Shown in pieces: positions 28,800 to 43,535 of a stretch of DNA of 64,000 nt (positions within the stretch are counted from its first letter, which is position 1; each line of letters begins with the position of its first letter). Source of the DNA: Hormiphora californensis (Eukaryota > Animalia > Ctenophora). The position numbers and the translations under genes are program-made. Below the pieces are notes generated by a model. It saw only the letters and a list, made by a program, of their open reading frames with translations, was not told the origin of the DNA and ran no database searches. The stretch lies in assembly GCA_020137815.1 (NCBI GenBank), contig CM035358.1:2604001-2668000 (forward strand), read 5' to 3'.

Positions 28800-31700
28800 A
28801 TGACATATTTAGATTTGGTTGTGGAGGGCCAGAAGTTGTGCCAACTAGGTAAATTTGGGGAGGCCTTACCTGTACTGGAGAAAGCACTCTATAAGGTAAT
28901 TGTACATTTAGTTTTTGTTGTGTTTTTGTCCATGTGTTTTATGAGTGTGTTGCGACTACCATGTGATACAGTTCCTGAATCAGTTTGTTCTTTCTTGAAC
29001 TCCTTGTCGTTAGTCTTGGGTCAACTTGACCCAAGGCTAATAGTACAGGCAAATCCACTTGACTCAGTACCAGCGATCTATGTACCTACGATCCTACTGT
29101 CAGCTCCCAATGGTTCTGCAGTACTATCACCCACGATCTATATTAGGGCAAAATGCAATCTGCCTTTAGATGGGCAATAACACTCACACACCACCCCGCT
29201 TTCTCTTCCCGCCTCCTCTCTGTGACACTCAGGGCTGGCTCCAGGGGGGTGATGCGGGGGGTGCACACCCCCCCAAAAATTCTTGGCAGCGAGGCTGCCA
29301 AGACTGTCTGAGACCATTTGGATTGGGAAACCACCCCAAAAATACATAATTTTCAGTAAAATGTTTGACTGATCACAACCGAACTTTAATCACCTAGTGA
29401 ACATCACTGAGTGATAGAGAGAGAGAGAGCATTGTAGCATTCATAAATCTAGAAAGTAGACGTCACAAATGATTAAAAACCCTAAAATTTGATTGATTTA
29501 GTTAAAAAATTTCCGGGGGCTTCGCCCCCAACCCCCCCCCCCCTGGGCGGAGCTCCCTACGCGCCCTTCGGGCGCTCTGGTCGCAAATGCTACTATTAGG
29601 GAACAGTGGCCTCGGGCCACTGCACCCCCCCAGAAATATCGGGCTGGAGCCAGCCCTGGTGACACTATCCAGTATAATCTAGCTATCTTCCCGCCTTCTG
29701 TTTTCATCTCTCTGTAACACTATTCTAACTATCTTCCCGCCTTCTATATTCCTCCCTGTAACACTTTCTATCCAGTCTCCAGTATATATAATATATTCTC
29801 TCGATCTCCTTGTGTGTAATATTCTTCTAATGTCGCCCTGGCAACAGCCCACTCTCCCTCCATATATCCATGGTTACCAAGGCAACATCTAATTGTGTGT
29901 GCAATCCCACTCTCTCTCCTTCATCATTTTTCTCTCGTTACCATGGTAACAAATTATATCGATCTCAGCCAGCTCCAGGTCTCAATGTACCACGTGTGGG
30001 ATGATGTGTTTCCATGGTTACCATGTCTCTAATAATCCCTCTCTCCCTCTATATATCAGGTTGGAACGGAAAAAAGCAAGCTGAGAATTGTCTACAGTTA
30101 CCTTGGAAACGTACATTACAGTCTCGGCAATTATGGACGAGCCATGGAGTATCACAGACAGGTAAGAAAGAGATAGAGATTAGAGGGAGATTAGAGGAAG
30201 CTAGAGAGAAGATGAAGATAGTTCATAGTGATGGAGAGAGGAACATATAGTCTAACTAGAAGCTAGAACCCCTCCATTAACACACCCCCTCTCTCCCTAG
30301 GATCTAAAGATAACACAGCATCTCTCTGACTCTGTCGGGCAGGCCGAGGCCCTAAATAACCTCTCCTGTGCACTGAGAATGCTGGGCAAGTACAGTGAGG
30401 CGACCCTTGCAGCGGAGAAACAGTTGCAATTAGCGGAGGTTAACGGGAATAAGAGAAGTCAGGCCTCAGCTAGATATAATGCAGGGGTTGTCGCCTACAT
30501 GTGAGTAGTGTGTTTGGAGAACCTCCATGCTCGGGGGAGATCTCAGTCGTGTGTTTAAACCAATCCATTATTGAGAAGTTTGGGTATGTTCCTAGTAGTG
30601 TATGAACGTGCTGCTAAACTAGACCCCATTACCCGCCAATGATACGCCCCAAAAAATATTACAGACTTATAACCCAACCTTCATCCAGGAACCCAGAACC
30701 AAAAACTAAATAAGACTTGTATACCAGTTGTTATCTCACTAACTAAACCCAACCTTCACCCAGGAAGGGACGGCAGCTTGCCACGGAACTGGATGACCAA
30801 GTTGACGCTTACGATTGTTTTATCCGGGCCCAGGAGCATCTCCAGGTAAAAGTCTCAATATGATATTGTGTAACCCCCCCCCCCCAATATGATATTGTGT
30901 ACCCCCCCCATCCCCTTCCAGATCGTGTGACCTCTCCCACTGCCCACTGCCCAGTGCCCACTGCCCATGTGTTTTTTAATCACAGAACCATGAAATAATT
31001 AAGCTGTAACCGATACTATACAGTTTCACGCACGTCACACAGCGATCTTAAAGTGGTGTCAATTCTCTAATCTATGATTTGAAAACTTTTCAAAACTGCC
31101 TCTGTCTCTATCCCCTCTCTCCTGACTCTTAGCCTCTCTCACCTCTAATCCCCCGGCCCCCTCTCCACTCTCTCTCATCTAATCCCCTCTCTCCACTCCA
31201 GGACTACCTGCTTCTTGCTGAAGACCTCAAGGACATTAAAATGCAAGGTCAGGCGTGTGGTTGTCTTGGCAACACGTTCTATCTAATTGGAAACTACAGC
31301 AAGGCCCTCTATTATTATAAGAAGCGACTTGGTCTGGCTCAGAAATCATCTGACGTTATGGCTGAACGTCGTGCATACAGGTGAATAAACATCATGTCAA
31401 GTAACACAGGGGGGACCCCTTATTCTTTAATTAATGTTCATTGCGATTATGATATAATCGCATAATTAGAGAAAATGTCCATTTAATCGTGTTTTCTAGT
31501 TGAAATCTCGTTGAAGCTAACCCTCTTTTCTTGTTTCAGTAACCTTGCTCTTTGTCATGCCCTGCTCTCTCAATTTGAGGAAGCAACTGAATACTGGAGG
31601 AAGTTTCTGTCTGTAGCGATCGAGCAGGGAGATACTGCGGCACAAGGTCAGGCTTACTATTGTTTGGGAAACAATTACAGTGTAATGGCGAACTATCATA

Positions 31701-33064
31701 AAGCTGCGGAGTACTACAAGCGACATCTTTCTATCGCTCAGAAACTTAGTAAGTGGATCGGATCATTTAACTACTTATTTGACTGTCTGTCTAATGTCTA
31801 TTGTCCATCTAGCATTGTTTGGTCCTAATTTCAACCACCCCTCTCGAGTATCATCCCATCTCTAAAGTCTAACTCCACTACTACCCTACTAAACTCTAAC
31901 CTCCCCTCAGATGACAAGGTGGGTGAAGGGCGTGCCTACTGGATGTTATCGAACGTGTACAGTACATGTGGTCAACTAAGCAAGGCCCTAGAGTTTGCCA
32001 GAAGGTTCTACGAGCTGGCAACTGAAATGGATGATAGTGTTGCTGTAGCCGCTGCCAAGATGATAATAACTGATATCGGTAAGTGGTGTGGGTTGTTGGT
32101 GTTAGTTGAAAATGGGAGTTGTGAGCTTACTGCTTAGTAAGGCTTGATCAGAGGCTGGGATATTCAGATGACCATCTAGGGTAGTACAACTGTACATTAT
32201 CAGGGTGTCATTATTCCTTTAATAACACCTCCCTCCCTTATGGGGGTGTCATTATTCCTTTCCTAACACCACCCCATCCCCCCAGGTAATTTCCTCGGTG
32301 TCGAAGCAACTGGAGAGGACGGTCCTGAAGCCCCAGTACCTACCCAACCAAAGGAAGACTTTGCACGTGATAGAAGGAACTCCTGTACCACCACCACACC
32401 CCGACCCCCTCCAGTAGTCCCTGCAGAGAAGAACTGGGTTAGTGAACCCCATGTTGCTGAGGATCCCCTACAAGCTGCTGCCAACACCATGGGATACCTT
32501 CGACCAAAATCAAAGAATTTCAGCGCTAGTCAATTGTCGCAGTCAGTCCGCTCAGTTCGAACAGCTCAGACCGGGGCTACCAACTACTCTCACTTCTCCG
32601 GGACGTCACTGAACGAAGATTTCTTTGAGCTCCTTCACAAACACATGGCGAACAGGTTCGATGACCAGAGAGCGCCATTACCAGCAGTGAAAGAAGAGAG
32701 AAGAACACCATCGCCCCCGGTCTCTCACCACCCTGTATCAACTACAGCACCAGTTCGACCCAAACCTAAGCGGTTCAACCACCAAGATCCTGCGGATCAA
32801 CATCCCGCACTCCGGACATTCTCAGCCATGCCGCCCATAACCCAGATGAGCGGGGGAAGTGGTGGAGAGGGAAGGGTTGCACCTGCTTCTAACTCCGTGA
32901 TTTGGACCCATCTACCTGGCAATCAGGGAGGTCATTTGAGACCCTCGAAGAGTGAGGTGAGTGTGACAGAAAGTGAGGAGAGCTTCTTTCAACTGATCTC
33001 AAGGATGCAGGGGAACAGGTTAGATGATCAGAGATGCAGCATTGCAATGGGCACACGATTGTGA
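28800..33064 (+). CDS. GPSM2: G-protein signalling modulator (LGN/AGS3/Pins): TPR repeats + 2 GoLoco motifs
   Basis: TPR exons (LDLVVEGQKLC; YSYLGNVHY; GCLGNTFYLIGNY; ERRAYSNL; GEGRAYWMLSN) and GoLoco motifs EDFFELLHKHMANRFDDQRA and ESFFQLISRMQGNRLDDQRC. Confidence 0.92.
29230..29658. mobile_element. hAT-type MITE in GPSM2 intron 1
   Basis: 15-bp TIR cagggctggctccag; perfect 8-bp TSD gtgacact. Confidence 0.9.
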
Positions 33065-33577
33065 AGAGACCATGTTAAATAGACAATCATGTTAGCTGAT
33101 CTGTGAAATGAGATATATAAAGACAATGTGACAGAGCTCTATCCCTTTTTACTTTTTAGAAACATTTGCAGAGAAACTCTTTATCTTTTTTATATCCGAT
33201 ATTTGTATTTGGAATTAGCAGAGTGTCCAATTTACCCCAAGGTTTTTTTCTGATTCCGTTATTGGAATTGTTGAACAGACACACAGACAGAACATGTTAG
33301 AAACATGTTAGAAACGCAGAAAATGTTAAATAGGGGTGAAAGGTGAAAGCCCCTAGCATGTTTTAAACACTTTTAACTCGTGAAGCAGGTGAAAACTGTT
33401 TTGTTCAAAGATATGATCGAGCAAGGTGAAACTACCTGAATTTATATGACGATTGGAGTGTTTTTACCAAATTACATTCCTGCTTTAAAAACATGAGTTT
33501 TGATGTGTTATAACTCTTAGTGATTCACCAACCGTACTACTACTTGGTAACCATGGTAACATGATGGATAACATGTG

Positions 33578-33642
<65 letters not shown>

Positions 33643-34124
33643 GGGGGGGGAGAGAGATTGGTTGTCTTAGTAACGGAACTCTAGTAATAAGTTTAGAGTT
33701 GTACTGTCCTATAATTGCATCTAAGATGTAGTCTGTAGATGCTACAGTAACTGTAGCTAGCTGCTGTTTATGGAGAGAAGAGGTCAAAGAGAATTTGGAA
33801 TTTATTCGCCTAAACTTGAGGAGTATCCAGAGATGTTATCTAAGCTAAGATCTAAGATACAAATTATATTCATTGTCACGCTTCTTCAAAATAGGAAGAT
33901 GGGGATCATGAATATGCTGTACACTTGCAGTTATGAAATGGACACTGGACCTGTCCATGCTGCAGCAGCCGGTGGTCGATATGATACACACACACACAGA
34001 CCATCCCACAGTGTCACACTTTGCCGCGGTGTGTAGACGTTGCTTCAAGACTTTGTGTAAGGCGCGGGGAGAGAAATTGAGAGTTTATCGCGCGCAGTTT
34101 ACCGCGCATTGGGTGTTGTATCTC

Positions 34125-34279
34125 TAAAGTCGGATTTTTTGAAGTTGTCACCCCAAAATGACCGCGCATGTGAAATTTATGAATTTTGACGCGCACACCA
34201 CACGTTAACATGTGATGTGACGCGCAAAAACATTCCGCGCACGAAAAGGGGGGTGACAACTTCAAAAAATCCGACTTTA
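34125..34279. mobile_element. ~155-bp MITE, TA-flanked
   Basis: ~30-bp TIR taaagtcggattttttgaagttgtcacccc. Confidence 0.75.
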
Positions 34280-34519
34280 CACAACTCCTCTTTCCAGCGC
34301 TAATCCTCTCGCAGATGTGCGCGCCACTTACTAAATGCTAACCATGCGCGCGTTGTACTTTCAACAGTGGGAGGTCGATGCGTGCGATGGTACTGTCGAA
34401 CAAGCAATTCGTACACACGCAGGCTAAAAATAGTGAACCTCCTTTCTCTCTCTCATAATGCCTGGCCGTGCCGTGCCTCTAGAGAGAGAAGACACACATA
34501 CACCTCCAACACACATTAA

Positions 34520-35797
34520 GGGTACACCTCGGCAAAATTTTTGTCGAGTGCCCGCTTAGCTCTCCATATGGGGTTGTAGGGCATACCAAGCCGACCTCAA
34601 ATATGCAATTTTAGCCCTTAACTCGAATTCATATTTTTGCTACAGCCCCTCAAAGTTTGACCCTAAAAACCGGTTTTTAAGGTCCCTAAATTTTATTTAT
34701 AGGGCTAGAAAGCTGAAAATTAAGGGATTCATAGAGGATACCAAGGTGTATAGCTCAAACAGAAATTTTTTGAAATGGAGCTCAATTTTTTGTCTGAGAC
34801 TATTTTACTTTTTTTGACTTTGAGGCCATATTTGGACATGTTCCTATGGACCGTTAAGGCTAAAAATTGGATATTTGGTGCTCCTAACAATTGTCAAAGT
34901 AGCCACAAATTTTCAGGAGGTCCGAATTTGAAATGTGGCCTACAGGTTTCTTTTTGTAAAGCACATATTTTAGGAAAACTTAAAATGGCTATATCTCAAA
35001 AACGGTAGGTCCTAGCGATCTTATTTCGTGCTAAATCGATTCAGCGGGTCCGATTTTGGGGGGGTCGTCTCATAGACATTTTGCTCTAAGTCTAACCGTT
35101 TTTTCAGAAATCGTATTTTAAGATTTGAACATGTTTAGCAGAAATAGGTAAGATTAGCTCTAGCTAGAAGCATTTCTGCTCAACATGTACAAACCTTAAA
35201 ATACGATTTCTGAAAAAACGGTTAGACTTAGAGCAAAATGTCTATGAGACGACCCCCCCAAAATCGGACCCGCTGAATCGATTTAGCACGAAATTAGATC
35301 GCTAGGACCTACCGTTTTTGAGATATAGCCATTTTAAGTTTTCCTAAAATATGTGCTTTACAAAAAGAAACCTGTAGGCCACATTTGAAATTCGGACCTC
35401 CTGAAAATTTGTGGCTACTTTGACAATTGTTAGGAGCACCAAATATCCAATTTTTAGCCTTAACGGTCCATAGGAACATGTCCAAATATGGCCTCAAAGT
35501 CAAAAAAAGTAAAGTAGTCTCAGACAAAAAATTGAGCTCCATTTCAAAAAATTTCTGTTTGAGCTATACACCTTGGTATCCTCTATGAATCCCTAAATTT
35601 TCAGCTTTCTAGCCCTAAAAATAAAATTTAGGGACCTTAAAAACCGGTTTTTAGGGTCAAACTTTGAGGGGCTGTAGCAAAAATATGAATTCGAGTTAAG
35701 GGCTAAAATTGCATATTTGAGGTCGGCTTGGTATGCCCTACATCCCCATATGGAGAGCTAAGCGGGCACTCGACAAAAATTTTGCCGAGGTGTACCC
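34520..35797. mobile_element. Palindromic non-autonomous DNA transposon, Kolobok-like
   Basis: ~626-bp inverted arms, ~26-bp spacer, GGG...CCC (RR...YY) ends, TTAA TSD. Confidence 0.85.
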
Positions 35798-36274
35798 TTA
35801 AAACGCTCTAATTTAAAATAATATGACATGATTTCGGAAGACAGAAGTGTGAACGTGAACATGACTTCATATTAAGGTTGTAAATTCATGCAAAACCCGT
35901 TTTATAGAACACACACAACAGTTTTTAAGTGGTATCATAAAGGTCACCTTTTTTAAGATCTAAAATATGTGTTCAGAAAATACACAACAGTCTATGATAG
36001 ATTCTATCAATATTCCTTCTGCATCAGCAGCATCAACTTGCCTAGCTCGACCCCGCGTAAAGGAGGGTTGGAACAAACAGCTACCTGCTACACCGTAGTT
36101 ACTAAGTTAGTACTGTACTAGTAGCTTGAACTGCTGCGTGGTTCACGAATATAACGTCCCCATGGTCTGCATTCTGCAGGTGATCGGACACGCTTAGGGA
36201 GAGGGAAGGGAATTGTACCCGTGTGAATGGTGATTCACATGAATATGGAAACTGGAGAATAGAAAGAGAAACTG

Positions 36275-36305
<31 letters not shown>

Positions 36306-36523
36306 AGGGACTTGAGAGAGTGAGAGAGTGAGCGACAGGCCCTTTTCAAATTAAAACGCTCGAATTAAAAAAATAAAATAACGTAAGACGGCAAGATGAG
36401 AACATGAAGTTAAAGTTGTAAACACATGCAAAAAAATTCGCAAAGTAAAACATTTTTTAAAGATTCAAAATGTTCAGAAATAACACGCAACAGTTTTTCT
36501 CAGTATCTACATTCCATATACAT

Positions 36524-38004
36524 CTAGACCTTGTTATCATGAATTGCTTTGGTGTGGTTCACCTCGTCCTGGTCGTATTCACTCTAAGGGGATTATAGCT
36601 GTGTGAGAGAGCTGTGTGGGGATACAAATAGGTACTTATTTGTGAGAGAGGGATGGAGTCACACACAGGGTGTGAGGGAAAGTACAAATGTATAGTATTA
36701 GTATTATATATTGTACAGTTGTAATTGCGATTCACAAATTCAAAGCCTAAGCCCAGAAACAATAGGGTACCCTAGGAGCTCTAATTTCTAAAGTCTAATA
36801 CTCTAATTAGGGTAATTAGGGTAGTTACCATGGTATCCTTTTCCACTGTAAGGCATTTTCCACACATACACTCACACGTGTTGCTAATGAAGGTCAAGAA
36901 CTGAAAACAGAAGGAAATTAGGACATTAGGACACAACTTGAAAAGTGAATAAGGAAAATAAAAGTACACCTCAAATCGAATCTTCTACCATCAACCCGCC
37001 CAGCCCATAATATTATCGAGCCCCCCTTCCCCCAGAAATAATAATGCTTATACAGTATTCCAGTTTACCTTGCTAAAGTTGGTGGTCTGTGCCTCAATAA
37101 CGGTACCAAGGGAAATGAGCCCAAGGATAATGAAAAACACAAACAGGAAATAGAACAGGGTATCCGAACTTTCCGGGTAGAGATCTGAAAATATTCTTTT
37201 ATACATACCAGTCTAGTCAAAAATGGTTTTAATTCCCATTTTAAGGCAAAAAAAGGTGAAATTCGGGCCAAATTTAAAGTGGTAAGTATGTACTAATAAA
37301 GTAAAGTTTAGGAGCTGATACATAAATTGAGCTAGAAATGAATTGTTCATAAAAATATGATGCAGTGCCGAAAAAAGTGCCCAAAAAAGTCGATTAGTAT
37401 GTATTATCATCATGATTAGTATCGAAGAGAGCTATGTTTGAGTCAATAATTTCAATAATTTCCGTAATATTCTTATGTAACAGCAGAGCAATTAGGCAGA
37501 TTTGCTCTCATTATCTTTCATTTCTCTCTTTTTCTTTTTCGTTCTCTCTACTCCTGTCTCTTCATCTTTTCTCTCTCTCCTCCTGTCTTTCTCTCAGCTC
37601 TCTCAGTTTTCTCTCTATCGCACTCCAAGACATATCATATAGTCATAAATGATCACATATGCGAGGAAGATGATAGAAGGAGTAATTTATATTGGACACG
37701 CAGAAAGAAAGACGAGGGAAGTAGTGAAAGATAGAGAGAGAACGAGAGAGATAGACTATAGAGATACAGAGATGGGGGAAATATATTATTATGAAACTTG
37801 AAGAGAAAAAGATAGATAGATGGATCGGTCACGAATGAGATGAAAAGTCGTACGACATAGAGAGAGAGAGAGAGAGAGAGAGAGAAGGAAAGTTATTTTG
37901 TTTTATTTACGACAAAACCCACGTATAGTGGCCATAATCATCGTCGAGTTTGTAAATATTTGGATTTAGTGGGCAGTAAGTGGTACATGAGAGAGAGAGA
38001 TAGA

Positions 38005-38063
<59 letters not shown>

Positions 38064-39227
38064 GAATGAGGGAGAGACACGATGTTATCAGGGCAAACAA
38101 ACATCAAAACTACATGCAGTGCCTAGCCGGGAGAGAGATATTATACATCATAGAGAGAGAGAGATTATACATCATGAGCTAGTTACTGCTTGATGGATGA
38201 CAAAAGTATGAAAGATTTCTAGCACAACTCTCGCATAAGACATCTTTTACCGAAACACTATTACAGAGCATCGGAGCGCACGAGAACAGTAGTCAGAACT
38301 TTGGCCTGAAACTTCTTCCAGGTGCCTGTTTGTTTGTCAATCCTACCAGGATGAACCCATCATCTTACTTGGTGACATATAGACACCTGGCGCGACCCCC
38401 GCACAATCTTGGTCGCGCACGGTGTCTATGTCACCCATCATCTTACCTCCAAATCCGATGGTTGTAAAGCTGATGAAAGTGAAGTAAATACTATCGAAAT
38501 AACTCCATTTCTCTTTGTAGGATAGGTAGGCAGAGAATGTGAGAATGACCAACAGACAGAATAACACCGTCACTATTTGTTGCACCTGTGGGTGAAGAAG
38601 ATGATGCAGTTAGGGATCTCTAGATGTTTAGTTTAGTCAGGGATCAGTTGATTAAAATCATTTCATATCTCAGATGTTAAAAAGAAGATTTATCTCTCTC
38701 CACAATCACATGAAATGACATGAAACATCCTCCTAATTATCATCTTACCGTTTCATTCTCCTCTTCTTGCCCTCCCATTATGGATCTCAGTTTCTTGCAG
38801 ACCCAGCGGATAAAATTCGCAGTGTGCTGGGCGTACACAGCAAGACACGCCATGAAGAGAGGGATACCAATGAGGGCAAAGAAGATACAGAAACCTCGTC
38901 CTTCGTCTGTTACCGGATACATGTATCCGTATCCTGCAAGATTGTGTGTCACAAAGAGAATAGTGGGGCTCCTGGCTAATGAGTTATATGTAGCCATGGT
39001 AACGTGAGGTATGCTAACGAACGGTATTATGGTCACCATGGTAACTAACCGATAGTGGTAACGACAGTGAGACAGAAGATGACGGTTGGTGCAAATGTCC
39101 AGGTATTTGTTACATTAGGTTTTGCCTCCAACACCTCCACCATGTGACATGGCGCCTTTAGTTCAGCGTGGAAGTTCTCGTCAACGTCTTTCAACAGCTC
39201 GTGCAGCTGGAATGAGGTGGTGAGAGA

Positions 39228-39276
<49 letters not shown>

Positions 39277-39562
39277 TCAGAAATAATGTTTTACATCGCC
39301 TACAATACACTTGGATTGGCGTGTGCTCTTCAATAAAAAATCCGAAACATTCCCCCACCCCACCGGCCCCACCACAAAAACACCCCCACCAAAAACGAAA
39401 CCAACTGCCCCACCTCACCTGTTGTTCATAGTTTTGTCTCTGCTCATTTTCATGACTCTCCTCTATTGCTTGAAATATTGCAGCTCCCACCGCCAGGTAA
39501 ACCAAGACCGTGCAAAATGTGGCAAACGCCGCTATCGCTTTACCGTTTATCGAACAACGCAT
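36524..39562 (-). CDS. Two-pore-domain potassium channel (K2P/KCNK family), paralog 1
   Basis: M1 YLAVGAAIFQAIE, P1 VTTIGYG, M2 FALIGIPL, P2 FTTIGFGD, M4 FFIILGLISLG; exons ~39562-39419, 39207-39049, 38934-38748, 38585-38447, 37184-37069, 36900-36829, 36583-36524. Confidence 0.92.
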
Positions 39563-41170
39563 GGTACTGCAATAGAGAATGTTAGATGGTATGGCACTAT
39601 GGCACCGTAGAAAGGAAAAATCATTAAATTGATCACTTGATGGAAAAGACCCCAATGACCCTTAACACTGATAATAGATGTGTACGACTGTACAAACAAT
39701 GAAGGTTATACTGAAACAACCTGATCAGCCGTTCGTATGGGAAAATTGTGTCAAGAGAATGACTGAATGACAATTAGACGGAGAGGCAAACACGCAACTG
39801 GGCAAGGTATAATATATCTCTCATTCTCCCCTTTTCTTCTTCTTTCATTCTCCTATCCTTCTCTTCTTCTCTCCTTCTCCTATCCTTCTCTTCTTCTTTC
39901 ATTCTCCCTTCTCTTCTCCTCTCCTTCTCCTTTGGGACCGATAGTGGCGCCATCGACAGAAATATCTGAAAATTGCTGGAGACACTCCTAACAAGCCTAC
40001 TTGAAAGCAGAACCAAAAAACTCGTCTCTACGAACTTTGTTTCTGTGGGGTCACCAGTGACCCTATCGGTCTCAAATGGAATGCAAACAATTGAGATTTC
40101 GTAGCTATTTTGCCTCATAACTCGAAAACCGCTCAACTTAGACCCTATGTTTCTTCATAACACTTATATAAACCCGGCCATTCTGCACATTTTACACACC
40201 CTATGGACCTCTGTATCTCATCTGTAGCCGATTTTAGAATTTCAAATTGGCCGAGATGAAAATTTTTATGAAGGAGCACGAATCTCAAAAATTTTTTCAG
40301 CGACTCTCTAAGATGTATAGATAACACTGATGGAGTCGGTTAGTCGCTAGCACCCGTTTGAAAAATGCCGTTTTAGACCTTTATCGATGGCCAATCCTTT
40401 AGAAATGCACGTAAAATCCAAATTTCTATTTTAGCGTTAGGGGACGATAGGGTCACTGGTGACCCCGGCATTATTTGCCCTCTGAGCGTTGTAAATTTGA
40501 TCAAATCATCACGAAACTTCATACCGGGGTAAAACCTATGGTTTTCTTTTGATTTGTAGGTCCATTATTGGCTTACTTATACCGTTTTAGAGATATGGCC
40601 AACTTTACACCAAAATTTCAACTTTTATGGCTTAGAGTTGGCATTTCTAGTAAACTAAGATGTTCAAAGCTTAAAATGACCCCAAAAACAGCCAAAAAGT
40701 GTCTATTCTAACCCGGAAAACCATTTAAACTTCTTAGATTTAGTTCGGACAGACGCTAGATGCATAATTAGCGTGGGGTCACTGGTGACCCTATCGGTCT
40801 CAAAGGGTTATCGAACAACGCATGGTACTGCAATAGAGAATGTTAGATGGTATGGCACTATGGCACCGTAGAAAGGAAAAATCATTAAATTGATCACTTG
40901 ATGGAAAAGACCCCAATGACCCTTAACACTGAGAACGACTGTACAAACAATGAAGGTTATCTGATCAGCCGTTCGTATGGGAAAATTGTGTCAAGAGAAT
41001 GACTGAATGACAATTAGACGGAGAGGCAAACACGCAACTGGGCAAGGTATAATATATCTCTCATTCTCCCCTTTTCTTCTTCTTTCATTCTCCTATCCTT
41101 CTCTTCTTCTCTCCTTCTCCTATCCTTCTCTTCTTCTTTCATTCTCCCTTCTCTTCTCCTCTCCTTCTCC
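39547..41170. repeat. ~380-bp direct duplication (39547-39930 / 40808-41170) flanking a MITE
   Basis: near-identical sequence including the K2P start codon and upstream region; two small deletions in the second copy. Confidence 0.9.
39928..40807. mobile_element. piggyBac-like MITE
   Basis: TIR (c)cctttgggaccgatag / ctatcggtctcaaaggg followed by ttat; internal subterminal copies at ~40047 and ~40445. Confidence 0.7.
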
Positions 41171-41608
41171 TCTCCTTCTCTTCCTCTTTCTCTCTTCTGT
41201 CTAAATTTCCCCATCAACCGCGTGTTGAATGCAATTAGGATAATACCGCATGACTTTCTAATATTCTCACTAGGAAAATGATAAAAGGCAGGGAGACAAG
41301 CAGATAACTAGCTTGGGTAAACTCGATACAATTTCAACCTCGAGATCTATATCAGACGCCTAATTCCTAAAATCAAAATGAACAACTCCCCATCTTTCTA
41401 TCTTTCCTTCTCTCCACTAAACTGCCTTCTCATCAAACAACATTTGAAATGGCAAAGGTTCGGATCCTATACCTCTAGGTACAAGCAAATCACAAAAGGT
41501 CAAGCTGACTACATGTTTTATACACCTTCACTGTCTCTCTTTCATTCTCTCTCTTCTCTCTCTCTCGGTCACATACACTTTCTCACTCTCTCTCACTCTC
41601 TCTCTCTC

Positions 41609-41704
<96 letters not shown>

Positions 41705-42257
41705 CTACATTTTCTCTCTCAATCCCTCTATTTGCTGTGTCTGTACACGGTGTGTTGCACTGTATGCTTTACATTCTGGATTTCTCCAGACCGGTGTCAC
41801 CTGACTGATTTCAATTGACTGCAGCAATACTTGGTAAGTTGACAGATGGCAACCACTCGTATCAAACCCAAGTTGAGTGATACGATCTTTATAAAATTGA
41901 ATAATCCCCCTTCAAAGCGAGCTGAGCTTCACCAAATTCAAAGAGATTCAAAAGGTGTACTTGAGTAAAGTGGAAGCTGTGGCCCGGAGAAAGAACAAAA
42001 TTCTGTGTGAGATTAGAAAGGAGCAGCTTGGAGATATTCAAATTTAGATTTAGGGCGGTTGAGATCCCAAAATTTAGATAGGGGGTACACGTGTAAAAAA
42101 TATTAGCATACCTAACAGCTCCACTGCAGTCCATGATTCGTTGAGTACGTGTGGTGGATAGAGAGGAGAAAAGAAAATTAACAGCAGTATTGATCGTCTC
42201 GATAGAAGCAACAGCATTTGTATAAAACACCATACCATACGCTCTGATCTCTCTCTC

Positions 42258-42340
<83 letters not shown>

Positions 42341-43535
42341 TGCCCCTCTCTATCTCTCTCACTCATCGTATTCTTCTTCTCTTTGGAGCCTATCTCTGAT
42401 CTATCTCTCTTCCTCTCCCTCTCTTTCTCTACACACACTCTCTCTCTCTCCGATTCAACCGATCGATCTTTTCCTAATACGAAAACCATCAGCATGCTTA
42501 TTGCTTCCTTTCTCTCTCTATCTCTCTCTATCTCTCTCCCTCTCTGTCTTCTTCCTGCAGCTTGCCAAACTCTGTATTTTACACCCGTCATTCGGCTTCC
42601 TCCTGATCTCTCTGTCTACAAATTATCCATGTCTACTAATATATGTCTCCCCCTTTATCATGCTCTGCCAAACCCTCATAGAGCTTGCTCTGGAATAAAA
42701 TGCATTGTAAGCTACACAACCTTTATCAAGCCATTCTGTCAATGAAATCAATTTATTTCAACTTTAAAAACTATTTTCTCCGCTACATAGTTTACAAAAA
42801 CGCCAAATACTGTAAAATTTTCAACGAAAATAACTGACATTGTGAGACTTCTGCTTGGTTATACCTAACGTGGTGCAAGTAAGCCTAGCAAGGACGTGTG
42901 AAAATACGGTCTAATAGCCTAGAATAATAACATGCGGCACAATGCGGTAGAATAATATCATATCATATTTAGTGTTTTTAATTAGCATACTCCAAACTCA
43001 ACATCGAGCTGTCTGGCGCCGCCGTCCCGATCTGAGCACACTGTCAAACGGGTGTCTGGCGCCGCCATACAGGTACCGAGTGGTATATCTTTGAAATACT
43101 CTAACTCAGTTGTTATGTTCTAACCCTCCACGGGAAACAGGGTTTAGCAAATATACTCAGTGTGTCAATTGGACTAACCTGGTTTGCTAAAGGAAAGATA
43201 TACAGATTTTCAGTTTACATGGTGTGGGTAGTGATCCGTTCCACCACCAGATCCACTAAGACATGGGCTATCTACTAGGAACACAGGGGTGTGAGTCGGA
43301 AACTGTCGGTATGATGTTAATTGTCTGGGTAGTCATGGGTAGTCCAGTTATGAACTATATTGGTCACGGAGAAAATTATTTAGCATAAGAGTTGTTGTTC
43401 AGAAAAGCAAGAGGGAATGGAAACTGAACAGTAGGATATGAAGCTTGTTTCTTTTTTGCGGTTTCATTAAGCCATCAGCCATCTAAAGCATCTTCATTCT
43501 TAATTACCTCTCTATTAGTATATATTGTGACTACA

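Noticed and set aside
38260-38345. Candidate terminal exon of K2P paralog 1
   Set aside because: It lacks the M4 helix; the M4 exon is at 37184-37069
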